A stretch of 64,000 nucleotides of DNA from an uncultured Clostridia bacterium (lineage in GTDB: Bacteria > Bacillota > Clostridia > Christensenellales > CAG-917), in the NCBI GenBank assembly GCA_944363035.1, contig CALVTS010000002.1, forward strand, positions 85,277-149,276, in the 5' to 3' direction. Each line of letters opens with the position of its first letter. The stretch's first letter is position 1. Below, one piece after another: positions 16,967 through 27,298 of the stretch. A model generated the notes under the pieces. The model had not been told where the DNA came from, did not search any database, and saw nothing but the letters and a program-made list of their open reading frames with translations. Position numbers and translations under genes: made by a program.

Positions 16967-18496
16967 ATGCTTGCCGGTGTCAAAAGTTATGCGTTGGAGG
17001 GATTGGACGGCTACGCCGTGGATGTCGAGGTGGACGTCACGAGCGGCGTGCCCGGAGTGGAGACCGTGGGGCTTGCCTCCACGGCTACGAAGGAATCCAA
17101 GGAGAGGGTGCGCTCTGCGATACGCAACAGCGGGCTCAAATATCCCGCGCATCGGATAACCGTGAATCTCGCCCCTGCCGATACGAAAAAGGAGGGCGCG
17201 TCTCTCGATCTGCCCATAGCGGTGGGCATACTGGTATGCGCAGAAGAGGTGACGGGCAGACTGTATAAGGAGTTCGTCATGGTGGGCGAACTTGCTTTGA
17301 ACGGAACTCTCAGGCATGTCAACGGCGTCATGCCTCTGCTCATCTCCGCCATGCAGAAAGGGGAGAGGCGTTTCATCCTGCCCTCATCCAACGCGGCGGA
17401 AGCGAGCTTTATAGACGGCATAGAAGTCTACGCATTCGAGGATCTGCGTTCGGTCATAGACTTTCTCAACGGGGCTCCCGCTTCACCCGTCCCGAAGAGG
17501 GGATTCGAAGCTGTGCGCAAGCACATGAGCTATGACGCGGACTTCGCCGACGTCAAGGGACAGACGGTGGCAAAACGCGCGTTGGAGATCGCCGTCGCGG
17601 GCGGACACAACGTGTTGATGTCCGGTCCTCCCGGAGCGGGCAAGACCATGCTCGCAAAGTGCGTGCCCACCATAATGCCGGATATGACCTTCGAGGAGGC
17701 GGTGGAAGTCACCAAGATACACAGCGTCGCCGGCATACTGGACGGTTCGGAAGGGATAGTGGGGGTGCGTCCGTTCAGGACTCCGCACCACACCGTCACC
17801 GTGCCTGCTCTGATAGGAGGGGGCGCGAAGGCGCGTCCCGGAGAGGTCAGCCTGGCGCACAACGGAGTGCTCTTCCTGGACGAGATGCCGGAATACAGCC
17901 GCCGCGCGTTGGAGACTTTGCGCCAACCCTTGGAGGACAAAAAGGTATCCGTCGCGAGGGTGATGCGCTCGGTGGAGTATCCCGCCGATTTCATGCTGGT
18001 CGCGAGCATGAATCCCTGCCCCTGCGGCAATTACGGATCGCGCACGCAGACTTGCAGATGTACGCCGGCGCAGATACACTCATATCTTTCCAAGCTCAGC
18101 GGACCCCTTCTTGACAGGATAGACCTCATGATAGAGGTGGACGGGGTGGAATATTCCGAACTGAGGGGCAAAGGGGAGAGCGAAAGCTCAGCCGCAGTCA
18201 AAGCCAGAGTGGAAAAGGCACGCGCGATACAGCGTGCAAGATTCGCGGGACGGGACATACTCACCAATTCCCGCATGAGCGCGAGGGATATCGCGAAGTG
18301 GTGCGCCATAGACGAAAACGGGGAGAGGCTCCTCAAAAAAGCGTTTGACAAGATGGGGCTCACCGCCCGCGCGACAACACGTATCCTCAAAGTCGCGCGC
18401 ACCATCGCGGATCTTGCGGGAGAGGAAAACATCCTGCCCGTGCACATCGCCGAAGCCATACAGTACCGCAACGCGGAAAGGAAATATACCGTATGA
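16967..18496 (+). CDS. comM: YifB/ComM family Mg-chelatase-like AAA ATPase
   Basis: 509 aa. N-terminal Lon-protease-like domain, Walker A GPPGAGKTMLA, C-terminal ComM domain. Confidence 0.92.
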   Translation: MLAGVKSYALEGLDGYAVDVEVDVTSGVPGVETVGLASTATKESKERVRSAIRNSGLKYPAHRITVNLAPADTKKEGASLDLPIAVGILVCAEEVTGRLYKEFVMVGELALNGTLRHVNGVMPLLISAMQKGERRFILPSSNAAEASFIDGIEVYAFEDLRSVIDFLNGAPASPVPKRGFEAVRKHMSYDADFADVKGQTVAKRALEIAVAGGHNVLMSGPPGAGKTMLAKCVPTIMPDMTFEEAVEVTKIHSVAGILDGSEGIVGVRPFRTPHHTVTVPALIGGGAKARPGEVSLAHNGVLFLDEMPEYSRRALETLRQPLEDKKVSVARVMRSVEYPADFMLVASMNPCPCGNYGSRTQTCRCTPAQIHSYLSKLSGPLLDRIDLMIEVDGVEYSELRGKGESESSAAVKARVEKARAIQRARFAGRDILTNSRMSARDIAKWCAIDENGERLLKKAFDKMGLTARATTRILKVARTIADLAGEENILPVHIAEAIQYRNAERKYTV

Positions 18497-19575
18497 ACGG
18501 AAGAGACGCGGACACAAAAGTCCTCATCGCCCTGCAAAGGACGGAAAAGCTCACTCCGCGCCGCAGGGAGCTCCTCCTCGGGGAGTCTCCGCTCCCCTCC
18601 GGGCTTCTCGTCGCGGAGATGAAGAGCAGGCTCTCCGCCGCATTGGGAGAGGGCGTCAACGATTTTTATCGCTATCTCGACGAGTCCGAAAAGTTCATGG
18701 AGGACCTCTCGCGAAAGGGTATAGGCTGGGTAACCCGCGCGGATGACGAATATCCCGCTCTCCTTCGCGAGACGGAGGGGTGTCCGTCGGCGCTCTTTGT
18801 CAAAGGGAATGTTGCGGCGATGGATACGTTTTCCCTCGCGATAGTCGGCACACGTCGTCCCACCCGTTACGGAGCGAAGCTCGCGGACGAATTCGCGAGA
18901 GCCTTTGCAAACGCCGGGATCACCGTGGTCTCGGGGTTCGCGCGAGGGGTGGATTCGGTGGCGCACAGAGCCGCCGTGGAGTGCGGCGCGCCTACGGTCG
19001 CGGTGCTCGGATGCGGAGTGGACGTGTGCTATCCCGCCGAAAACCGAGAACTTTATTCCTCCGTGCTCGCGACGGGAGGGCTGTTCGTGTCGGAGTATGC
19101 GCCCGGGACGCCGCCTCTTCCCTATCATTTCCCGGAACGCAACCGTATAATAAGCGGGCTTTCGAGGGGAGTCCTCCTCACCGAAGCCGCCGAAAAGAGC
19201 GGTTCGCTCATCACCGCCAATACCGCCGTGGAACAGGGCAGAGACCTCTTTGTGGTTCCCGGCAACGTATATTCGCCCGAAAGCCGCGGCACCAACGAGT
19301 TGCTGCGCTCCATGCCGCACGCGCTCACCCTTTCGCCCGAGGACGTATTCGCGCACTACCGCATCCGTCCCGAGGGGGAAAAGGAGGAGGAGCAGGTGCA
19401 GTTCGACATCACCGAGACCCTTGTCCTCGACAGCCTCCACGACGGTGAGAAGCATTTCGAGGAACTGCTCGCAGATACCGGTCTCGGAGCCGCAGAGCTT
19501 TCCACCGTGCTCGTCAACCTCGAGCTCGCGGGCGCGCTCGTGGATACGGGCGGCAACCATTACGCATTGTGCTGA
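18493..19575 (+). CDS. dprA: DNA-processing protein DprA
   Basis: Rossmann-like core IVGTRRPTRYG...VSGFARGVDSVAHRAA. Overlaps the comM stop by 4 nt. Confidence 0.9.
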   Translation: MNGRDADTKVLIALQRTEKLTPRRRELLLGESPLPSGLLVAEMKSRLSAALGEGVNDFYRYLDESEKFMEDLSRKGIGWVTRADDEYPALLRETEGCPSALFVKGNVAAMDTFSLAIVGTRRPTRYGAKLADEFARAFANAGITVVSGFARGVDSVAHRAAVECGAPTVAVLGCGVDVCYPAENRELYSSVLATGGLFVSEYAPGTPPLPYHFPERNRIISGLSRGVLLTEAAEKSGSLITANTAVEQGRDLFVVPGNVYSPESRGTNELLRSMPHALTLSPEDVFAHYRIRPEGEKEEEQVQFDITETLVLDSLHDGEKHFEELLADTGLGAAELSTVLVNLELAGALVDTGGNHYALC

Positions 19576-19586
19576 AAGGAGAAGGA

Positions 19587-21719
19587 ATGAAACATCTCAT
19601 CATAGTGGAATCGCCTTCAAAGGCAAAGACCATACAGAAATATCTCGGCTCCGACGCCGTGGTGCTCGCCTCCAAGGGGCACGTCTGCGATCTGCCGCAG
19701 AGGACCCTCGGCATCGACATAGAGCACGGCTTCAAACCGCAGTATGTGATAACTCCCGACAAGGAAGAGACCATCAGGCGGCTTTCGCAGGCGGTGGACA
19801 AATATGAGAAAGTCTATCTCGCCACCGACCCGGACAGAGAGGGAGAGGCGATAAGCTGGCATCTCAAAAACACCCTCGGCATAAAGGGGGACAAGGTGAG
19901 GATAGAGTTCAACGAGATATCCCCACGCGCCGTCCGCGCCGCAATGGAAAATCCCCGCGAGATAGACATGAATCTCGTGGATTCCCAACAAGCGAGAAGG
20001 GTGCTGGACAGATTGGTCGGATACAAGATATCCCCCATCCTCGCGCGCAAGATCAAGGCGGGCAAAAAGTCAGGTCTGTCTGCGGGACGCGTGCAGTCCG
20101 CCGCCCTCAAAATGATAGTCGATCGCGAGAACGAGATAAGGGATTTCAAGCCCGAAGAGTATTGGAACATCTTTGCAATGTTGCTGAAAGAGGGCGCGCC
20201 CAAAAAGAAAGAGAACCTCTTCAAGGCGGCGTTCAACGACCTGAACGGCGAAAAGACGGAAGTGAAAGAGGGCGCTCTCGCGTCGCGTATCGCGGACATG
20301 ATGCGCCGTTCACGCTATTTCGTGGACGAGGTGAAAAAGAGCGTCAGCACCTCAAAGCCCGCTCCGCCTTTCACCACCAGCACCCTGCAACAGGAAGCCA
20401 ACCACAAGCTCAACATGGCGGCGGATCGCTCCATGCGCGTGGCGCAACAGCTCTACGAGGGCGTGGATATAGGGGGAGAGGGCTTGCACGCGCTCATCAC
20501 CTACATCCGTACGGACAGCGTGAGAGTGTCTCCGGATTTCGCGAAGAGCACCCTTGATTTCATTGCGGAGAACTACGGCAAAGAGTATGCGCCCTCCGTC
20601 CCCAACGTCTATAAGACGAGCGCGAGCGCGCAGGACGCGCACGAGGCGATACGTCCCATATCTCTCGCCCGCACGCCCAAGTCTCTGGAAGGCAAGGTGG
20701 ATCGCGACCAGTACAGGCTTTACAAGCTCATCTACGAGCGCTATCTCGCCTCGCAGATGAAGAGCGCGCAATACAACACCATGCGAGTGCATATCACGGG
20801 CGAGGGCGCAGAGGAGAAGCTCGGGTTCGTCGTCAAAGGAAGGAGCGTGCGCTTCAAGGGGTTCACCGCCGTCTACACCACCACGGCGGAGGCGGACGAG
20901 GACAAGCAGAACGAGCTCGACACCCTCCCCGACCTCAACGAAGGGGAAAAACTCCTCTTGGACGACCTGTCCCAAGAGCAGAAATTCACCAAACCTCCCG
21001 CGCGCTACAACGACGCGACTCTGGTCAAGGCTATGGAGGAGAACGGCATCGGACGTCCCAGCACATACGCCTCCATCATCTCCGTGCTCGCGAAGAGAGA
21101 GTATACCGAAAAGGAAAACAAATTCATCAAGCCTACCCAGCTCGGCGAGGTGGTCTGCGACTATATGGAAAAGAATTTCCCGGACGTGATGAACCTCAAT
21201 TTCACCGCGAGGCTGGAAGGGGCGTTGGATAAAGTGGCGGACGGAGGTCAGCATTGGCAGGAGCTCATCGGAGCTTTCTACCCCCGTTTGCAGAAGTTCA
21301 TCGACCGCGCCTATCACTCCGGAGAGGGCGGACGCCTCCCCGACGAGGAGAGCGACGTCGTGTGCGATAAGTGCGGCGCGAAAATGGTGATAAAGGAGGG
21401 CAAGTACGGCAAATTCCTGGCTTGTCCCAATTATCCCGATTGCAAGAATATCAAGAGGATAGTGGAAGTTGTGGGCAAGTGCCCCAAGTGCGGCGGGAAC
21501 GTCGTGAAAAAGACGAGCAGAGCGGGCAAGGTGTTTTACGGTTGCGACAACTATCCCAAGTGCGACTTCACCTGCTGGGATCTGCCCGCGCCCAAACTCT
21601 GTCCCGATTGCGGCGGCGCGATGCGCGTGTCCGGACGTGGAGAGAAGAGGACGTATGTGTGCATGAACAGGGCGTGCGGGCATCGCGAGGCGGCTCCCGC
21701 GGCGGGGGAGGAGAAGTGA
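19587..21719 (+). CDS. topA: DNA topoisomerase I
   Basis: Toprim N-terminus MKHLIIVESPSKAKTIQKYLG and C-terminal Cys4 zinc-ribbon repeats. Confidence 0.95.
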   Translation: MKHLIIVESPSKAKTIQKYLGSDAVVLASKGHVCDLPQRTLGIDIEHGFKPQYVITPDKEETIRRLSQAVDKYEKVYLATDPDREGEAISWHLKNTLGIKGDKVRIEFNEISPRAVRAAMENPREIDMNLVDSQQARRVLDRLVGYKISPILARKIKAGKKSGLSAGRVQSAALKMIVDRENEIRDFKPEEYWNIFAMLLKEGAPKKKENLFKAAFNDLNGEKTEVKEGALASRIADMMRRSRYFVDEVKKSVSTSKPAPPFTTSTLQQEANHKLNMAADRSMRVAQQLYEGVDIGGEGLHALITYIRTDSVRVSPDFAKSTLDFIAENYGKEYAPSVPNVYKTSASAQDAHEAIRPISLARTPKSLEGKVDRDQYRLYKLIYERYLASQMKSAQYNTMRVHITGEGAEEKLGFVVKGRSVRFKGFTAVYTTTAEADEDKQNELDTLPDLNEGEKLLLDDLSQEQKFTKPPARYNDATLVKAMEENGIGRPSTYASIISVLAKREYTEKENKFIKPTQLGEVVCDYMEKNFPDVMNLNFTARLEGALDKVADGGQHWQELIGAFYPRLQKFIDRAYHSGEGGRLPDEESDVVCDKCGAKMVIKEGKYGKFLACPNYPDCKNIKRIVEVVGKCPKCGGNVVKKTSRAGKVFYGCDNYPKCDFTCWDLPAPKLCPDCGGAMRVSGRGEKRTYVCMNRACGHREAAPAAGEEK

Positions 21720-23068
21720 CCCCCGTAGTCACCGTGCTCGGAGGAGGGTTGGCGGGGTGCGAAGCCGCCCTGCAACTGCTTTCTCGCGGTTACGGAGTCA
21801 GGATGTACGAGATGCGTCCCGGAAAGAGCACGGGCGCGCACAGGACGGATGCGCTCGCAGAGCTCGTCTGCTCCAATTCTCTGAAATCGGAGGTGGCGGA
21901 GACGGCTTCCGGCACCCTCAAAGAGGAACTTGACGCTCTCGGTTGCAGGTTGCTCCCGATAGCGAGAGAGTGCAGAGTGCCGTCGGGGGGAGCGCTCGCC
22001 GTGGACAGGGAGAGATTCTCCTCGGCAGTAAGCGCCGCGCTCTTCGCCTATCCCGCGTTCACGCTCGTGAGAGAGGAGGCGACGGATATCCCTCCCGCTC
22101 CCGCCGTGATTGCCACGGGTCCCCTCACTTCGGACGCATTGGCGGAAAAACTCGCCCGCCTCACGGGAGCGGAAAACCTGCATTTTTACGACGCGATAGC
22201 CCCCATTGTCGAACTTTCCACGGTGGACAGAGAAAGGGCTTATTTCGGCGGAAGATACGGAAGAGGGGAGGATTATCTCAACCTTCCCATGGAAAGAGAG
22301 GAGTACCGCGCGTTCAGGGAAGCGCTCGTCTCCGCCGAGACGGTGGTGCTCAGGGACTTTGAAAAAAAGGAGCTCTTCGAGGGGTGTATGCCCATCGAGG
22401 AGATAGCGAAGCGCGGAGAGGACGCGATGAGGTTCGGACCTCTGCGTCCCGTGGGACTGCGCGATCCCGCTACGGGAAAGGGCGCGTATGCCGTGGTACA
22501 GCTCCGCCGAGAGAGCATGGCGGGAGAGGGCTGGAACATGGTGGGATTCCAGACAAATCTCACCTACGGCGCGCAAAAGAGGGTGTTCGGCATGATCCCG
22601 GCGTTGAAAAACGCGGAATTTTTGCGATACGGCGTCATGCACCGCAACACTTATCTCAATTCGGCGGGAAGCATAAAGGAAACTTTCAGGTTCGCGGGAG
22701 ATGATGCTTTGTACATAGCGGGACAGCTCACGGGAGTGGAAGGCTATGTGGAGAGCGTCATGAGCGGGTTGATCGCGGCGGTCTCGCTTGCGAGAGAACT
22801 TGCGGGAAAAGAGGCGGCGGTCCCGCCTTCCACCACCGTCACGGGCGCATTGTGCCGCTACGTCGCGGGGGCGGAGACTGGATTCCAACCCATGAACGCC
22901 AATTTCGGGCTGTTGCCGACCGCACCCGACGTGGGCAAAAAAGAAAGAAAGAAATTCTATCACGACCGTGCCGTGCGTGATATAATGAAATTCGTCTCGG
23001 ATACATCCTATCGGGACGTTGCGTACTGCGAGGGGGCACCCAATTCAACCGCAGGACGCGCCGAATGA
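21716..23068 (+). CDS. trmFO: methylenetetrahydrofolate--tRNA-(uracil-5-)-methyltransferase TrmFO
   Basis: GTG start overlaps the topA stop. FAD motif [14 protein letters not shown]. About 450 aa. Confidence 0.9.
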   Translation: MTPVVTVLGGGLAGCEAALQLLSRGYGVRMYEMRPGKSTGAHRTDALAELVCSNSLKSEVAETASGTLKEELDALGCRLLPIARECRVPSGGALAVDRERFSSAVSAALFAYPAFTLVREEATDIPPAPAVIATGPLTSDALAEKLARLTGAENLHFYDAIAPIVELSTVDRERAYFGGRYGRGEDYLNLPMEREEYRAFREALVSAETVVLRDFEKKELFEGCMPIEEIAKRGEDAMRFGPLRPVGLRDPATGKGAYAVVQLRRESMAGEGWNMVGFQTNLTYGAQKRVFGMIPALKNAEFLRYGVMHRNTYLNSAGSIKETFRFAGDDALYIAGQLTGVEGYVESVMSGLIAAVSLARELAGKEAAVPPSTTVTGALCRYVAGAETGFQPMNANFGLLPTAPDVGKKERKKFYHDRAVRDIMKFVSDTSYRDVAYCEGAPNSTAGRAE

Positions 23069-23085
23069 ACTCGGCGGAGGAAAAA

Positions 23086-23619
23086 ATGGAATTCAGAGGA
23101 ACTACCATCTGCGCAGTCAAAAGGGGCGGTATGACCGCCATCGCCGGAGACGGGCAGGTGACGATGGGCGAGAGCGTCATCATGAAAGGCAACGCCGTCA
23201 AGGTGAAGCGCATCTACAACGACAAAGTGGTCATCGGATTTGCGGGCTCCGTCTCTGACGCGTTCGCGCTCTCGGAAAAATTCGAAGAAATGTTGCAAAA
23301 ATACAGCGGGAACCTGATGAGATCCGCGGTCGAGCTCGCCGAGCTCTGGCGAAGCGACAAGATGTACCGCAAGTTGGAGGCTCTGCTCATAGTGGCGGAC
23401 GCGAACTCCCTTTATATCGTCTCGGGGAGCGGCGAAGTCATCGAGCCCGAGAGCGGCATCTGCGCGATAGGGAGCGGCGGCAATTACGCGCTCGCCGCGG
23501 CGCGCGCTCTCGCGGGCGCGACCGATCTCGACGCAAAAGAGATCGCGGTCCGCGCGCTCAAAATAGCATCCGAACTGTGTGTGTTCACAAACGACCACAT
23601 CACGGTCGAAACGGTGTAA
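23086..23619 (+). CDS. hslV: ATP-dependent protease subunit HslV
   Basis: [12 protein letters not shown]-terminus (catalytic Thr). GGAGGAAAAAATG start context. Confidence 0.92.
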   Translation: MEFRGTTICAVKRGGMTAIAGDGQVTMGESVIMKGNAVKVKRIYNDKVVIGFAGSVSDAFALSEKFEEMLQKYSGNLMRSAVELAELWRSDKMYRKLEALLIVADANSLYIVSGSGEVIEPESGICAIGSGGNYALAAARALAGATDLDAKEIAVRALKIASELCVFTNDHITVETV

Positions 23620-23628
23620 GGAGGTCAT

Positions 23629-24948
23629 ATGGAACTCACTCCCAAACAGATAGTCAAGGAATTGGACAGATACATCATCGGTCAGCAGGACGCCAAGATC
23701 GCCGTCGCGATCGCTCTGCGCAACCGTTACAGAAGAAGCCGCCTCCCCGAAGAGATGCGCGAAGAGATTACCCCCAAAAACATCCTCATGAAAGGTCCCA
23801 CAGGCGTGGGTAAGACAGAGATAGCGAGAAGGCTCGCCAAACTCGTCCGCGCCCCCTTCGTCAAGGTGGAAGCCACCAAGTTCACGGAAGTGGGCTATGT
23901 GGGCAGGGATGTGGAGAGCATCATCCGCGACCTCGTGGAAGTCTCCATAAGAATGGTCAAGGACGAGAAGTTCAAAGAGGTCATGCCCCGCGCCACCGAG
24001 ATCGCCGAAAACAGGCTGGTGGACATCATCCTGCCCATACGCAAAAAGGCGAGCACCGCGGAAAAGTCGGACGCGCAACTCAAAGAGGAACTTTTGAGCG
24101 AGATAAGGGCGGGGCACCTTGACGGCATCACCATCGAGATAGAGATAAAGCAACAGCCCAAGCCCATCCAGCTCACCCCCGGCAACGCTCCGGGCAACGA
24201 GATAGACCTCGGGAGCATCTTCGGCGGCATGATGGGCGGAAAGACCAAAAAACGCAGACTCACCGTCAAACAGGCGATGGACCTCATCATCAACCAGGAA
24301 GCCGAGAAGATGGTGGATCAGGACGCCATCACCTCAGAAGCCCTTTCGAGAGCGGAGCAGGACGGCGTGGTATTTTTGGATGAGATAGACAAAGTCGCCG
24401 CGCGCGCCGGGAGGGATCAGGGACACGACGTGTCCCGCGAGGGCGTACAGCGCGACATCCTGCCCATCGTTGAGGGGAGCACCGTCCAGACCAAGTACGG
24501 TTCCATACGTACGGACTTCATCCTCTTCATCGCGGCGGGCGCCTTCCATATGTCCAAGATGGAGGATCTCATCCCCGAGCTCCAGGGCAGATTCCCGATA
24601 AGGGTGGAGCTGGACAATCTCACCGAAGAGGATTTCGTCAAGATACTGACAGAGCCGGACAACGCCGTGCTCAAACAGTACAAGGCTCTCCTCGGCGTGG
24701 ACGGCGTGGAGCTGGAATTCAGCGAGGACGCGATACGCGAGATCGCCCGCACCGCCTATTACGAAAACGAGAACAGCGAAAACCTCGGCGCGCGTCGTCT
24801 GCACGCCGTCTTGGAACATCTCCTCAAAGACGTGCTCTATGAGGCGGACGACAACGAGACCAAGGAGATCAAGATAGACAAAGATTACGTCGCGGCGCAT
24901 CTCGCGACCTCTCTGCGCGCCGCTTCGCTCAAAAAATACATTTTGTGA
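23629..24948 (+). CDS. hslU: ATP-dependent protease ATPase subunit HslU
   Basis: Walker A GPTGVGKTEIARRLA. 439 aa. HslU I-domain segment present. Confidence 0.95.
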   Translation: MELTPKQIVKELDRYIIGQQDAKIAVAIALRNRYRRSRLPEEMREEITPKNILMKGPTGVGKTEIARRLAKLVRAPFVKVEATKFTEVGYVGRDVESIIRDLVEVSIRMVKDEKFKEVMPRATEIAENRLVDIILPIRKKASTAEKSDAQLKEELLSEIRAGHLDGITIEIEIKQQPKPIQLTPGNAPGNEIDLGSIFGGMMGGKTKKRRLTVKQAMDLIINQEAEKMVDQDAITSEALSRAEQDGVVFLDEIDKVAARAGRDQGHDVSREGVQRDILPIVEGSTVQTKYGSIRTDFILFIAAGAFHMSKMEDLIPELQGRFPIRVELDNLTEEDFVKILTEPDNAVLKQYKALLGVDGVELEFSEDAIREIARTAYYENENSENLGARRLHAVLEHLLKDVLYEADDNETKEIKIDKDYVAAHLATSLRAASLKKYIL

Positions 24949-24961
24949 TACTGACCGAAAA

Positions 24962-24998
24962 AGCGTTTTATCCTCGGATATTGTGAGGATAAAACGCT
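24962..24998. other. perfect 14-bp stem hairpin between hslU and hisS
   Basis: AGCGTTTTATCCTC-GGATATTGT-GAGGATAAAACGCT. The A-run lies 5' on the + strand, so the U-tract is on the minus-strand side. Confidence 0.6.
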
Positions 24999-25040
24999 CA
25001 TAAGGTCTTGTCGGAGCGGAGTGGGCTCCGAGGAGGATAT

Positions 25041-26291
25041 ATGATAACCATCCCGAAAGGCACCAAGGATATGTTGCCTCAGGACGCATTCAAATGGCAT
25101 TACGTCGAAGCTCGCGCGCGTGAGACCGCCGCGCTCTTCGGCTTCCGCGAGATGCGCACCCCCATGTTCGAGCACACGGAGCTCTTCGCAAGAGGGGTGG
25201 GCGAGACCACCGACATCGTGACCAAGGAGATGTACACCTTCCTCGACAAGGGGGGCAGGAGCATGACCCTTCGTCCCGAGGGTACGGCGGGGGTCGCGCG
25301 CGCCTACATCGAAAACGGTCTCCAACAGCAGACCCTCCCCATGAAGGCGTACTATCTCGCCTCCGTTTTCCGCTATGAGCGTCCCCAGAACGGCAGACTG
25401 CGCGAACATCATCAGTTCGGCGTCGAGCTTTACGGCAGCGAGTCTCCCGCCGCGGACGCCGAGGTCATCGCCCTCGCGCATACCTTCCTGACCTCCGTCG
25501 GGCTGAAGTCCCTTTCCCTCAACATCAACAGCATCGGTTGCAAGGAATGCAGGGCGAAGTTCAACGCCGCTCTGAAAGAGTACATCGGCGCAAATCTCGG
25601 CGGGATGTGCAACGAGTGCCGCGACCGTTTTGACCGCAATCCTCTGCGCATCCTTGACTGCAAGCAGGAAAAATGCCGCGCGATAACCGCCGGCGCCCCC
25701 AAGATCACGGATTTCTTGTGCGAGGACTGCCGCGCTCATTTCGAGGAATTGGGGAGGAGGCTCACCGCGCTCGGAGTGCCATTCAAAGTGAATCCTTCCA
25801 TCGTGAGAGGGCTGGACTATTACACACGCACCGTGTTTGAATTCGTCTCCGAGGACATAGGCGCGCAAGGTACGGTGTGCGGCGGCGGCAGATACGACCG
25901 CCTGGTCGAAGAGGTGGGCGGGAAGCCCACTCCCGCAGTAGGTTTCGGTCTCGGGTTGGAAAGACTTCTCATGGTGCTCGAAAACACCGCCATGCTCGCC
26001 GCCGAGCCCGAATGCACGGATCTTTACATCGCCTCTCTCGGGGAGAAAGCGGGGGAATACGTGCCCGTACTCGCCGCAAAGCTCAGGGCTGATGGCGTGA
26101 AGACGGAATACGACCTCATGGGCAGAGGGCTCAAAGCGCAGATGAAGTACGCCGACAAGTGCGGCGCGCGTTTTTCCGCCGTCATCGGCGATGATGAGTT
26201 GGAAAAAGGCGAGGTCTCCCTCAAAAACATGACGACGGGGGAGAGCGCCGTGTGCACGTTCTCCCGTCTTGCGGAGGCGGTGCTCGCATGA
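25041..26291 (+). CDS. hisS: histidine--tRNA ligase
   Basis: MITIPKGTKDMLP N-terminus, class II aaRS motifs, GGAGGA RBS. Confidence 0.95.
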   Translation: MITIPKGTKDMLPQDAFKWHYVEARARETAALFGFREMRTPMFEHTELFARGVGETTDIVTKEMYTFLDKGGRSMTLRPEGTAGVARAYIENGLQQQTLPMKAYYLASVFRYERPQNGRLREHHQFGVELYGSESPAADAEVIALAHTFLTSVGLKSLSLNINSIGCKECRAKFNAALKEYIGANLGGMCNECRDRFDRNPLRILDCKQEKCRAITAGAPKITDFLCEDCRAHFEELGRRLTALGVPFKVNPSIVRGLDYYTRTVFEFVSEDIGAQGTVCGGGRYDRLVEEVGGKPTPAVGFGLGLERLLMVLENTAMLAAEPECTDLYIASLGEKAGEYVPVLAAKLRADGVKTEYDLMGRGLKAQMKYADKCGARFSAVIGDDELEKGEVSLKNMTTGESAVCTFSRLAEAVLA

Positions 26292-26830
26292 CCGAGCAGG
26301 GTGTGGTCACCAAAGTCAGGGCGGGACGCGCGACCGTGGAGTTCGACCGCAAGAGCGCCTGCGATTCCTGTCATATGTGCGCCGTCACCAAGGGCGGGAT
26401 GAAGGTGAAGATAGTCATCGCCAACGATCTCGACGCCCGAGTAGGCGACGTGGTGAACGTCAGCATGGGGGAGCGGTTTGTGTTGACAGCCGCACTCATC
26501 GTATATATAATACCCCTTGTACTGGTCGGAGTGGGAGTGGGGGTCGGATCCCTGCTCTCGGAACTTGCGCAGGTCTTGCTCGCGCTGGGCGGGCTCGCGG
26601 TCGGATTTCTTGTGGCTTTCCTTTTGGACAGGTTCGTCATCAGGAAGAAAAAGGGGTTCGCGCCGCGCATGACCGAGATCGTCTCGCCTGCGGCGGTGCT
26701 CACCGGAGAGGGAGCGAGACCCCTTGCGGACGACGCGGAGAGCTCCGATGAAAAAATAGGGAATATCTTGCGGCAAAAGCCGAAAGGAGACAATAATGAG
26801 CGACAATTGTTTGAAGATCACGAGCGATAA
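26288..26830 (+). CDS. RseC/MucC (SoxR-reducing system) family protein
   Basis: MTEQGVVTKV...ATVEF...CDSCHMC N-terminal domain followed by two TM helices. Start overlaps the hisS stop. Confidence 0.7.
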   Translation: MTEQGVVTKVRAGRATVEFDRKSACDSCHMCAVTKGGMKVKIVIANDLDARVGDVVNVSMGERFVLTAALIVYIIPLVLVGVGVGVGSLLSELAQVLLALGGLAVGFLVAFLLDRFVIRKKKGFAPRMTEIVSPAAVLTGEGARPLADDAESSDEKIGNILRQKPKGDNNERQLFEDHER

Positions 26831-27119
26831 TTTCGATGAGATAATCCGCTCCAACGACGTGGTCATGGTGGACTTCTGGGCAAGCTGGTGCGGTCCTTGC
26901 AAGATGCTCGGTCCCATCGTGGAATCCGTGGCTGAGGATTATGTCGGCAAAGCCGCCGTCGGCAAGGTGAACGTGGACGATTGCCCCGATCTTGCAGAGA
27001 GATTCGGCATCATGACCATCCCCGCCGTATTTGTGTTCAAAGCGGGGGAGATAACGGACAAGATGATAGGTTACCGCCAGAAGGCGCAACTCGCCGCCGC
27101 GCTGGACAAGAACCTGTGA
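26796..27119 (+). CDS. trxA: thioredoxin
   Basis: 107 aa. WCGPC active site. AAAGGAGA RBS. Confidence 0.95.
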   Translation: MSDNCLKITSDNFDEIIRSNDVVMVDFWASWCGPCKMLGPIVESVAEDYVGKAAVGKVNVDDCPDLAERFGIMTIPAVFVFKAGEITDKMIGYRQKAQLAAALDKNL

Positions 27120-27298
27120 GAGCGCAAAAGCGTCCCGACCGGACCCGCACCTCGGCAGAGTGATCAAAGCCGCGTCTCGGGGAATGGTTTCGGACAATGT
27201 TTTGTGAGCCGAGGAGGAGGCATCCTCTCTTCGGCTGAGATACATCGGACTCCGTGCGGACGGATACGTCCGTCGCGCGGGGCGGATACAGGAGTTTT

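Noticed and set aside
24949-25040. T-box leader upstream of hisS.
   Set aside because: Only about 90 nt of intergenic sequence is available. No specifier or T-box sequence is present. Most of the space is taken by a single perfect hairpin.
26796-26830. The 35-nt overlap between the rseC-like gene and trxA as a sign of a frameshift or fused gene.
   Set aside because: Both products are complete in their own frames. trxA has its own strong RBS. The long tail of the RseC-like ORF is low-complexity, and the true stop or overlap is unremarkable.
27120-27298. Possible riboswitch (ZTP/pfl, THF or T-box) in the 180-nt region upstream of glyA.
   Set aside because: None of the conserved cores (the CCGCCTGGGC-type pfl 3' motif, the THF core, the T-box GGGTGGTACCGCG) is present. 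Only short imperfect hairpins without a terminator were seen. A cmscan run would be needed to revisit this.
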